From assembly GCF_026210795.1 (NCBI RefSeq), contig NC_089433.1:310001-374000 (forward strand): a DNA stretch of 64,000 nt. Reading direction: 5' to 3'. The stretch's first letter is position 1. Each line of letters begins with the position of its first letter. Below are positions 1-11,700 of this stretch, one piece after another. A program made the translations under genes and the position numbers. The DNA is from Rhizophagus irregularis (Eukaryota). The notes under the pieces are model-generated. The model searched no databases and was not told where the DNA came from. It was given only the letters and a program-made list of their open reading frames with translations.

Positions 1-652
1 AGTTTATTGCTACAAAGACGTCTTACCGCAAGATTTAATTCATGATCTTTTGGAATACCACATTGTTCCTAACATAAAACCTAAAACTAATTTACCACCT
101 TCAAGAAAACCAAATTTAAAGTATCATCTTGATTCAACCTTGATTGAATCAAAACATATTCCTATTTTTGCTTCATGGGTTGAGAGAAAAAATTCTTCAC
201 ATTATAATATGAAAAATATTCCATATGATTTGAAATTATTATATCGTTCAGATCGGGATGGAACTGACACTAAAACTTTTCATATAAATTGTGACAATAA
301 AGGAGCTACTATTTGGGTAGCAAAAATTAAAGATTCTACACAAATAATTGGAGGGTATAATCCACTTGATTGGGATGAAGTTTCATATTGGAAAACTACA
401 GGAGATAGCTTTATTTTTAATTTTACTGATGGAAAAAATATATCTACTTCAAAAGTAAGCTATGTTAATAATCGGGAGTATGCTGTTTTTTGTCATGATA
501 CTTATGGACCAACCATGGGCAATTTGCACTGCAACCTGAATGGTTGGTCTAATGTTAATCGGGGTGATGGAGATCGTTATCCTAATATAGGAATTCCAGA
601 AAATAATTTCAAAGTAGAATATTATGAAGTATTTCAAGTAATTAATAAATAA
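1..652 (+). CDS. 3' part of a BTB/BACK-TLDc gene (TLDc domain); 5' end lies outside the window
   Basis: LLYRS-RDG, FH-NCDNKGAT, IIGGYNPLDW, SFIFNF, GPTMG and YEVFQ are TLDc motifs; near-identical to the C-termini of the paralogues at 20325-28469. Confidence 0.9.
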   Translation, partial: VYCYKDVLPQDLIHDLLEYHIVPNIKPKTNLPPSRKPNLKYHLDSTLIESKHIPIFASWVERKNSSHYNMKNIPYDLKLLYRSDRDGTDTKTFHINCDNKGATIWVAKIKDSTQIIGGYNPLDWDEVSYWKTTGDSFIFNFTDGKNISTSKVSYVNNREYAVFCHDTYGPTMGNLHCNLNGWSNVNRGDGDRYPNIGIPENNFKVEYYEVFQVINK

Positions 653-1150
653 AAATCAAATGTAGAAAATTCATTAATGGATAATTAACAAAATTTTATA
701 TTTTATTGAATTCATTCGAAAAAAAATTATGAGGCCACTATTAATAAAAACACTGCAATACTTTCAAGAAATACGTGTTACTAACAAAAAAATTCCCTAT
801 TTTATATGAAGATATATATAAAAATATTTATAAAATTTTTATATTTAATTTTATATGTATGTCGGTGAACGTTGGTCTGTGAAATGATTGAATGATTGCG
901 GTAAAGTAATTATCGGTTAGTTAAACGCGATCCAATATTTTTTTTCTATATCCTTGTATAAAAATACGATGCTACATTCTGGATATGGATTTACATTTCT
1001 TTTTTTAAAAAAGTTCTAACCTTACATTTCGTAGTTCACCGAAAAAAAAAAATCAATAATAAATAGCCACATTTTCTTTGTTAACCAAATTTAGTATTGC
1101 ACAATTTTTTCTCCTCCTATTTTTAAAATTTTTAAAATTTTTAATATTCA

Positions 1151-4100
1151 ATGGAAGAACCTTTAGATTTAGGAGATTTGACCGTTGGGAAGAAAATTAT
1201 TGCAGAAAATTTTGCAAATTGGACTAGTGGGAATAAAATAATTGATAATTTCATTCAAGAAAAGCAATTAAAATTCGAAGGTGGTGCATTATTTGAATGG
1301 ATAACCATATAATGAGTTTATTGATATTAAAGAAATAAAAGATAATTGTTTAACTACAGCAATATATAAGACTGGTCCATTAAATTATGATATAAACGAA
1401 AAGGAATGGATAAAAGTATCATATGACAAAGTTGTATTAAGATATTTATATGACTTACAAAATATTACTGACGGACTTATAAATAAGGTATTGAATTTCT
1501 CTATTAATTCTATTAATTGATTAAAATACAAATATTTATTTATTTTTTTTTTTATTATTGATAGATCGAATCATATTTAGGAAAATATTTTAGTTATGGA
1601 ATAGGAATATCACAAAATCCAGATACAAAAGTTTATATTTTGGTCTTTAACATTAAATATCTTAAACGTTATTGTGTTAAATGTGGTTATAAACATCCAA
1701 AGAAAAGTGAAAAATTGTGTTTTCGATGCAAATTTAATCTTAAAATTGATTTTATAAGCAGAACTAGTGGAAATAAGAAAATTGATGAATTCATTCAAAA
1801 AATGCAATTAAAAATTAATAAATATAATAACACAATGTTTGAATGGATACCATACAATGAGTTTTTTGAGATTAAAGAGGTGGATGGGAAAGGTAGATTT
1901 GTTACAGCAATATGGAAGGAAGGTTTATTACATTTTGATGATAATGAAAATAAATTGATAAGAAAGTCATATGAAAAAGTTTGTTTAAAATATTTATATA
2001 ATTCATATGATATTATTAATGAGTTATTACGTGAGGTATTAAAATTTTCTATGAATTTGCATAAGGTAATTTAAAATATTATTAATTTTTTTTTCATATT
2101 TTGATAGGTTGAATCAAGTTCATCATATGAAAAGTATAATTATGGAATATCTCAAAATCCAGATACAAAGGCTTATATTTTGGTTTTCAACATTGGATAT
2201 CTTGATCTTTATTGTGATGACTGTGGTGGTAAATATGAAGGTAAATATGATAAATGGTGTAAATCATGTCAAATAAATTATTTTAAAAATAATTTTTCAA
2301 ACTGGACTAGTGGAAATGAGAAAATTGATGAATTCATTCAAAATAAACAATTAAAAATTAATAAATACAGTGATACAATAATTGAATGGATACCATATAA
2401 TGAGCTCATTAATATTAAAGAGGTGGATGGGGAAGGTATAGCAATATGGAAGAAAGATCCATTACATTTTAATGGGATTAAAAAGAAAGTAATAAGTGAA
2501 TCATATGAAAAAGTTTGTTTAAAATATTTGCATAATTCACAAGATGTTACTGATGAATTTTTGAATGAGGTATTTAAATTTTTTATTAACCTACATTGAA
2601 TATTAAATCACTATTAATTCTTTTTATTTTGATAGATTGAATCATATTTAGCAATTAAACTTATCTTTGGTATATCTCAAAATCCGGTTACAAAAGTTTA
2701 TAATTTAGTTTTAAATGGTAGATTTTTTGATATTTACTGTATAAATTGCGGCAAGTATTGTCATGAAAAATGGTGCAAAACATGCCAAATAAATTATTTA
2801 AAAAATAATTTTACACACTGGACTAGTGGAAATGAAAAAATTGACGATTTTATCCAAAAAATGCAATCAAAAATTAATAAATATGACGACACAATATTTG
2901 AATGGATACCATACAATGAGTTTATTGATATTAAAAAAATAGAAAAAGGTAACTTTGCTACAGCAATGTGGAAAGATGGTCGATTATATTATAGTAGAAT
3001 AAGAAGGAAGTATAAAAGAATATTAAATGAAAAGGTTTTATTAAAATATCTGGATAATTCACAAAACATTAATTACACATTTTTGAACAAGGTATGAAAT
3101 TTTTTATAATTTATTTTAATTATTAATTATTATATATATTAAAGATTTTATATTTTAATATATTTTAACAGATTGCATATTCAATTAATGAAAGTTATGG
3201 AATATCTCAAAATCCAAATACAAAAGATTTTATTTTTGTTCTTCAACCTAGATATTATTGTGAAAACTGTGGTGAAAAATATAATAACAAATTTGAAGTA
3301 GATAATAAAAGCTGTGCATCATGTCAAACAAATCATGAAAATCAAAAAATTAATGATTTAATTCAAGAAATGAAATTAAGTATTGATCATAACTCTAATA
3401 CATTTAATATGATATTTGAATGGATACCTTATGATCAGTTTAGCAATATTGAAAAGATAGGTAAAGGTGGATTTTCTACAGTATATTCAGCAATATGGGA
3501 AGATGGCTTATTAATATATGATGGCAGTACTTGGAAAAGAAAATCAAATACAATGGTTGCTTTAAAATGTTTACATAATTCACAAAATTTTCTTGATGAA
3601 TTTATAAATGAGGTATGAATTTCTTTATAATTAAAATATTTCATATTATATAATATAATATTAATATATTAATATTTCAATAGGTTAGAGCATATCCAAA
3701 TCAAAAGATAGAAAATATTCTTAAAATATATGGAATATCTCAAAATCTAAATACAAAAAATTATGTCATTGTTCTTGAATATGCAGAAGGTGGAAACTTC
3801 AATAATTATTTAAACAGAAATCGTGAAAATTTTGATTGGTTTAATGGGTTAAGAGTATTAACCAATATTATTGAAGGTCTTAATAAAATTCATCAAAAAC
3901 AAATGGTTCATCGTGATTTTCATATAGGAAACATATTATTTATGAATGATAATTACTATAATGCTTGTATTTCTGACATGGGATTATGTAGAAAATTGAT
4001 GATATTAGTGATATGAGTATTTATGGAGTTATGCCTTATGTAGCTCCTGAAGTATTAAAAGGAAAACCTTATACTCAAGCAGCAGATATATATAGCTTTG

Positions 4101-4626
4101 GTATGATTATGTATGTTATAGCAACTGGAAGACAACCTTTTGCTGATTGTGCTCATGATGAGATTCTAGTAATAAATATATGTAATGGAATTAGACCTGA
4201 AATAAATTATCTAATTACACCAAAATATTATATTGATTTAATGAAAAGGTGTTGGGATTCAAATCCAGAAAATAGACCAAATTCTATTGAAATAAAGGAA
4301 ATAATTAAATTATTTTATAATTCACTCGATCAAAAATTTAAGAAAAAAGAACAACAACACTATGAAATTGAAGAACAGTTTAAAGAAACACAAGAATCCA
4401 GAAAAAAACATCTTTTATCATTTAAGAACGAATCAACTACTCACATACAGGCTATTTATACATCTCGATTACTTAATCCTTTTACAAAAAATCTTTTGAA
4501 ATATGACGATAATAATATTAATAATACAGTGGAAATTACTGATTTTACAAAGTAAGTAGCGTTTTATATCATATTTTTTATTAACCTTAACTGATTCTTT
4601 TTATTTTATATTATTATAGCTTATAA
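1151..4626 (+). pseudogene. Multi-exon TKL-like protein kinase with five repeated N-terminal modules; two 1-nt frameshifts (pseudogene or assembly errors)
   Basis: Exons about 1151-1487, 1565-2035, 2108-2569, 2636-3091, 3172-3612, 3684-4551 and 4620-4626 with GT-AG introns; kinase motifs GKGGFSTVY, VALK, HRDFHIGN, DMG, YVAPE, DIYSFG; frameshifts at ~1303 (EWI/PYN) and ~3993 (A-run after DMGLCR). Confidence 0.85.
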
Positions 4627-5719
4627 TCATTTTCTTTAATTAATGGCCCAAAAGCTCAAAGTTAATGATATCATATGTTTTGAAGGATAAGGATATTTTC
4701 AATATAGGAGAATTGTCTTCATTAAACTAGAAAATTTACTAAACATTTTTATTAAATATTTATTTTTATTATTATAGTGTTCATTTTGTTGTAGACAAGA
4801 ATTATTTTCTGAAACATTTTTAAAAATTTAAAAATGATGTTTTTGGAAAAAAAAGAAAGTTACTATCAAATAATCAAAGAATTTGGAATAACAAATCCAT
4901 ATAAATTCATAGTAAAATAAAATTTCAAAATCTTTTAATCAAAACTCATGTTTATTATAGTAATTGTCTATATCATCAATAAATTTAAATAATAATAAAA
5001 GATATTAAATATTATTGGTATGTTATAATGAGTTACTATAATATCAATTGATTCAAATTTTCATCATCTTTTTTTTTAAAAAAGATACAAATGATTAAAC
5101 TTTGTAATTACTCATTCATTGTAAATTAGTCTATCATATCAAGATGCTTTGGATCAATTTATTTTTATGATCGGTTAAGGAAAATATTTTAGGCTTGTTA
5201 ATGAAAATAGTTTTTACTACAAGAAAGAATTTTGGATAATTTTAGTATAAATACTATTTCTATGTAAAATTATCATACTGCAAGCCGGGTAAGTATTTTC
5301 ACTGTATTTCCCGGAAAGTTTTATGTTTACGTAAAATCGATTTTCTATAAAACACTGCTCCCCATAGGTAACAATAGGCTATTATGGTATACGTATCCTC
5401 TTTCTTTAAGATATTCATATTCGATTCTCTTTTGATAATTAAAATATCAATCCTTTTACTTCAATTAAATAATTCGAAAATGTTATTCCTAACTTATTTT
5501 TATAATGTAATGATATTAATCGTGAATTGAAATATGCAAATCTCTTTATGATAAGCTCAAATTTCTTTGGAAAATACACTTTCAATTTTCTCCTAATATA
5601 AACAAACGGTCTGTTTCTGTTTAATTTTAAATTTGTAATACAAAACTAGAGTAACTTGGTAATTATTAGTGAGTTATAATCATTATACTGTCAGATTGAC
5701 TCGAAAATTTTGGGTCGGG

Positions 5720-8065
5720 TCATCAAACGTTTTTATAATTAAATATAAAAAAAATTGATTTTTTTATTAAAAACGTCAGACTTGACGTTTTTATGATTAA
5801 AAAATCATTTTTTACGTTAGATTTGATTAAAAATCAAAAAAAATTGATTTTTTTGGTTAAAAACGTAAGACTTGGCGTTTTTGTAATTAAAAAATCAAAA
5901 AAAATGATTTTATTAATTAAAAATGTCAGACTCGACGTTTTTGTAATTAAAAAATCAAAAAAATGTTTTTTTTAGTTAAAAACGTCAGACATGACATTTT
6001 TGTGATTAAAAATAAAAAAAAATGATTTTTTTAGTTAAAAAATGTCAGACTTGACGTTTTTGTAATTAAAAAATCAAAAAAATGACTTTTTTAGTTGAAA
6101 AACGTCAGGCTTGACGTTTTTGTAATTAAAAAATTAAAAAAATGACTTTTTTAGTTGAAAAACGTCAGGCTTGACGTTTTTGTAATTAAAAAATCAAAAA
6201 AATGACTTTTTTAGTTAAAAAACGTCAGGCTTGACGTTTTTGTAATTAAAAAATCAAAAAAATGACTTTTTTTAGTTAAAAAACGTCAGGCTTGACGTTT
6301 TTATAATTAAAAAATCAAAAAAATGACTTTTTTAGTTAAAAAATGTCAGGCTTGACGTTATTGTAATTAAAAAATCAAAAAAAATGACTTTTTCAGTTAA
6401 AAAACGTCAGACTTGACATTTTTGCAATTAAAAAATCAAAAAAAAATGACTTTTTTAGTTAAAAAACGTCAGACATGACATTTTTGTGATTAAAAATAAA
6501 AAAAATGATTTTTTTAATTAAAAACGTCAGATTTGACGTTTTTGTAATTAAAAAATCTAAAAAATCAAAAAAAAAAATGATTTTTTTAGTTAAAAACGTC
6601 AGACATGACATTTTTGTGATTAAAAATAAAAAAAATGATTTTTTAATTAAAAACGTCAGATTTGACATTTTTATGATTCAAAAAATTATTTTTTACGTTA
6701 GATTTGACAATTTTGTAATTAAAAATCAAAAAAATTGATTTTTTTAGTTAAAAACGTCAGACTTGACGTTTTTGTAATTAAAAAATCAAAAAAAAATGAT
6801 TTTTTAATTAAAAATGTCAGACTCGACGTTTTGTAATTAAAAAATCAAAAAAATGATTGTTTTAATTAAAAACGTCAGACTTGACGTTTTTGTGATTAAA
6901 AATCAAAAAAAATATTGGTTTTTTTTAATTAAAAATGTCAGACTTGATGTTTTTGTGATTAAAAATCAAAAAAATATTGATTTTTTAATTAAAAACGTCA
7001 GACTTGGCATTTTGTAATTAAAAATCAAAAAAATATTGTTTTTTTTAATTAAAAATGTCAGACTTGACGTTTTTGTAATTAAAAAATCAAAAAAAATGAT
7101 TTTTTTGATTAAAAATGTCAGACTTGACGTTTTTGTAATTAAAAAATCAAAAAAAATGATTTTTTTGATTAAAAATGTCAGACTTGATGTTTTTGTAATT
7201 AAAAAATCAAAAAAAATGATTTTTTTGATTAAAAACGTTAGACTTGACATTATTGTAATTAAAAAATCAAAAAAAAAAATGATTTTTTTGATTAAAAACG
7301 TCAGACTTGACATTTTTGTTATTAAAAAATCAAAAAAATGATTTTTTTAATTTAAAAACGTCAGACTTGACATTTTTGTGATTAAAAAATAAAAATCAAA
7401 AAAATATTGGTTTTTTTTAATTAAAAACGTCAGACTTGACGTTTTTGTTATTAAAAAATCAAAAAAAAATGATTTTTTTAATTAAAAACGTCAGACTTTG
7501 ACATTTTTGTGATTAAAAATCAAAAAAATATTGGTTTTTTTAATTAAAAACGTCAGACTTGGCATTTTGTAATTAAAAATCAAAAAAATATTGTTTTTTT
7601 TAATTAAAAATGTCAGACTTGACGTTTTTGTAATTAAAAAATCAAAAAAAATGATTTTTTTGATTAAAAATGTCAGACTTGATGTTTTTGTAATTAAAAA
7701 ATCAAAAAAAATGATTTTTTTGATTAAAAACGTTAGACTTGACATTATTGTAATTAAAAAATAAAAAAAAAATGATTTTTTGATTAAAAACGTCAAACTT
7801 GACATTTTTGTTATTAAAAAATCAAAAAAATGATTTTTTTAATTAAAAAACGTCAGACTTGACATTTTTGTGATTAAAAAATAAAAATCAAAAAAATATT
7901 GGTTTTTTTTAATTAAAAACGTCAGACTTGACGTTTTTGTTATTAAAAAATCAAAAAAAAAATGATTTTTTTAATTAAAAACGTCAGACTTTGACATTTT
8001 TGTGATTAAAAATCAAAAAAATATTGGTTTTTTTAATTAAAAACGTCAGTCTTGACATTTTTTGT
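5720..8065. repeat. Tandem satellite of ~59-60 bp units (roughly 39 copies), each unit made of two palindromes
   Basis: Unit AAAAACGTCA-GACT-TGACGTTTTT-GT-AATTAAAAAATCA-A(n)-TGATTTTTTTAATT recurs continuously; the ORFs called here are artefacts of the repeat. Confidence 0.95.
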
Positions 8066-8380
8066 TAAAAAAATAAAAAATGAAGAAAAAACGTTTTTGC
8101 GTTATTTTTTTTATAATTTTATATGGAAAAATGCCAAAACGTTTTTTTCTTAATAGTAATGTAAAAAAAAAGTTTTTGGCATTTTTTTTAATAATATTAT
8201 ATGAAAAAACGCTGAAACATTTTTTTTACAATTTTTTTATTTTTTTGCAATATTTTATGAAATTTTAATGATCAACAAAAAAATGAAATTATGCAAATAT
8301 TAAATGATGCAACAATTTAACAGGGACTTTTAGTGGCACAGGAAGAGTTTTTGCGAAAAGTTGGCATTAGAAGTTTTTTT

Positions 8381-8494
8381 CATTGTCATTGACATTGACA
8401 TTGACATTGACATTGACATTGACATTGACATTGACATTGTCACTGACATTGACATTGACATTGACATTGTCACTGACATTGACATTGTCATTGA

Positions 8495-8498
<4 letters not shown>
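8381..8498. repeat. (GACATT)n hexanucleotide microsatellite, ~19 units, abutting the LINE poly(A) tail
   Basis: Direct reading; includes GTCATT and GTCACT variant units. Confidence 0.95.
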
Positions 8499-8529
<31 letters not shown>

Positions 8530-8746
8530 GGTTAACGAAAAATTTATTTATTATAAAAGGAAACATTACAGCACATGTCATTAGTTTGATAACAGTAATA
8601 GAATAAATCTACATAACAATAATACAAAACTAAACATCTAGAATATACTAAAAATTACTATATTCCTGATGAACCAGGATAACTAAACAAAAATAAGAAA
8701 AAAATAAAAAAAATCAACCCATTTGGGCGAAAATAAAAGAACATAT

Positions 8747-11700
8747 TTAAAAGATAAAATAAAATAAAATAAAAGAAAAAATTATTTGAATAGTATACTG
8801 ATTAACACGAACTATAAAATCCAACGGTTCTATATTAAAATATATATTATTCAAAAGCCCTTCTACCTTTTGATAGACTTTATGATTAATATCTTTTTTA
8901 ACTATATTATTATCATAACTATAATGTTTTTTATCTTCTTTAGTAACACCTAAACTTTTTTCTTTGTCTTTTTGTAAATCACATCTTTCGACCCAAATCT
9001 TATGTGTAGAATCAAAGACGAAATCTAAAAATTTGACTCCAGTTTCGAATAAATGAACTTTAGTCATTTTAATTTCTTGTCGTAAGAAATCAGCTAATAA
9101 TTTAGGAAATAATCCTTTAATAATATCTACGAAAGTTAATTTATTATTATTAACTTTAACTTCGCCAAAAGATTCGTTTATAAATAAATCAATTATTTTA
9201 GCTTCATCGAAGGTATATATATCGTATTCTTTAATTTTTTCAATTAAACATATAATCGAATAATATATAATATTTCTCATTTTTTTACGATTTGAATAAC
9301 AACGCCACACATGTCCAAAAGTTTCTTTTTTACGCTCACAGACAGGACATTTCCAATCCTTATATATATCAAAATTAATCAATTTTCTTTGTTCTACAGT
9401 CGGAATTTCTTCAATTAAATTCTTAATTTTATAATGACGTCGTTTAGTTGTGTGGAAATTAGTTTGTAAAACGTTTTCATTTTCCTTTAAGAATTCAAAC
9501 GTAATTGCCCATTCTACGCTATCTATTGTATATTTTCGATTTCTTCGAAGATTAAAAAATTTTTCTAAATTTAAAATTTCACTATAATATCGTATGAAAC
9601 GTCTAATCGGTTTTTCGATAATAATATTATTCCATGTAAGCATATATTCTATTTTATCCAGTTGAAAAAAATTAAAATTAACCGAATATACCCTATTCCT
9701 ATCTGAATAATGATCTTTAATTTTTTGATCTAAAAAATTATGGTATAAATCATCATCATGTGCTTTGGTTTTAGTAATTTTTGGTATAATTATTTCATTT
9801 AAATCTATAAATTGTCGAATTAAAGCCCAAATATAAATGTTATTCTGTGTTTTTAATAATTTGCGTGTATTATAAATTTCGGTTTTGCATATAATTTCAT
9901 TAAAATAATTAAGAATAAATTCATTATCTGTAATTATCTCGACATTACTAATATTATGAACTATAATCAAAGCGAGTATAAAACTTGTCACTTCTGCTTT
10001 ACTTGGAGAAATCCAATGTTCAATATTAACGTAAAATTCATCAATTAATTTATGATCTTTATCGTAAAAATGTAAACTGGCTATACCATCAATATTTTCT
10101 GTCCCATTATTTATAACCGAACCATCTATATATACGAAAATTTGTTCTCCAAATTGTTGGATTAATTTGTAGTTGATAACGTTTAACTTTTCGATCGTTA
10201 AGTTCTTATTAAATTTTTCTTTTTTAACATATTTTTCTATACAATTATGCGTTGATTTTTGCATTTTGGAATCAAAAATATTTAATCTAATATCATCTTG
10301 TTTAAAAAACATTGGTTCTATAATAAAATTATGTTCATGCCATATATTTGACTCAATATGTGATTGAATAATATCTGGTACTATATATGAATCAGTTTCA
10401 TGTATTATCATTGCATGTGAATGTAAATAATTTTCAAGAAAATAAACATCTTCTATTCTCAATTTAACTAAACAATTACTTTGCTTATGTATTCTTTCAA
10501 GGGGACCAAGGGTGCTTGTTTCATCCAAAAAACATCCTAAACATTTTTTTAAACCCATAAATAAATCATCTGGATTATTAACCGTTATATAATGTTCCAA
10601 TACTATATCGTTAGATCCCAAATTGTAATTTTTACCATAAACTAAAATTATATCGTTATGTAACTTCTTTTTTCCAAAAATAAAACCATTATTTATAGGT
10701 TCTGAGTCTGAATTCATTTTAGTTAGAATTGTTCCTTTTAAATTATGAGCGAAACTAGTGCCTATTTTATTTGTAGCTTCAATAGAAATTCGTCTCTTTA
10801 TAATTTCATTGTTATCTAAAATACAATCTTCTATAATTTTCCAACTTTTTTCAATTAAAGATCTATTTGGACTAAAAAATTTTTTAAATCGTTTTCCCAA
10901 AATTTCTTTTAACGTTAATAAATTTTTTCCATCTAACGTCAAAATTTGATCTGCAAACATAATATTGAGTTTTTTTATTGATCTTAAATTTTTGAAATAA
11001 ATTTCTTCAGGTAAAATATCTTTAATTAAAATATTCCCTCCAATTATTTCCATTTTATCTATCGTATCGTTAATAGCAATGCTAAAATTTTGAGTCTTTA
11101 ACATTTTGATACACTCTAATATATAATGATTTTTTAATTGCGTCGTGAAAATTTTCTTATATCTAATAATATCTTTTTCTTGTAATGAATAAATAGGATT
11201 ATCGTTTAAAAATAACAATTGTTGAAGATTATATAAACGAATTTTTGTGATCATTCCCAATTCATTTTTATCATTAATTTGCAAGATAAAATTAGTCGTT
11301 TTTGCTTGTAATTGATTATCCTCAATATTTTTAACATTAAACATCTCTTTTAAGTGAACTATTGAATTCGGTGTAGTTTTCATAAATTTTAACTTATGTT
11401 TAAATAAAATACGAAATTTTGCCATAATTTTGTTACATTCATATTCTGATAAAATAATTAGTTGTGCCCTATACTCAATTCTTGAAATGATTAAGACATT
11501 AAAGATAAAAGCCATTTGTTTATCTGTTAATTTTTTTCGTAAGATCATTGAATCGCAGCAATTATTAATTTCATTTTTAATTTGATCAATCACATGATTT
11601 CTTTGATTAAAAGCGTTGAACCACACTCCTAGTAATCTAATTGATCCTTTTTTACTAGTAGGTTTAATATTAACTATCGATTTTCCAAAACTCAAAGATA

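Noticed and set aside
5720..8065. CRISPR-like appearance (palindromic repeats at regular spacing)
   Set aside because: No unique spacers, no cas genes, eukaryotic context; it is a tandem satellite
8381..8498. Telomeric repeat or telomere-associated element
   Set aside because: GACATT is not TTAGGG-like and the site is interstitial, with a TSD on both sides of the element
5793..8606. Short ORFs on both strands (repetitive K/I/F-rich and DIDIDI peptides)
   Set aside because: Translations of satellite, microsatellite and poly(T) sequence
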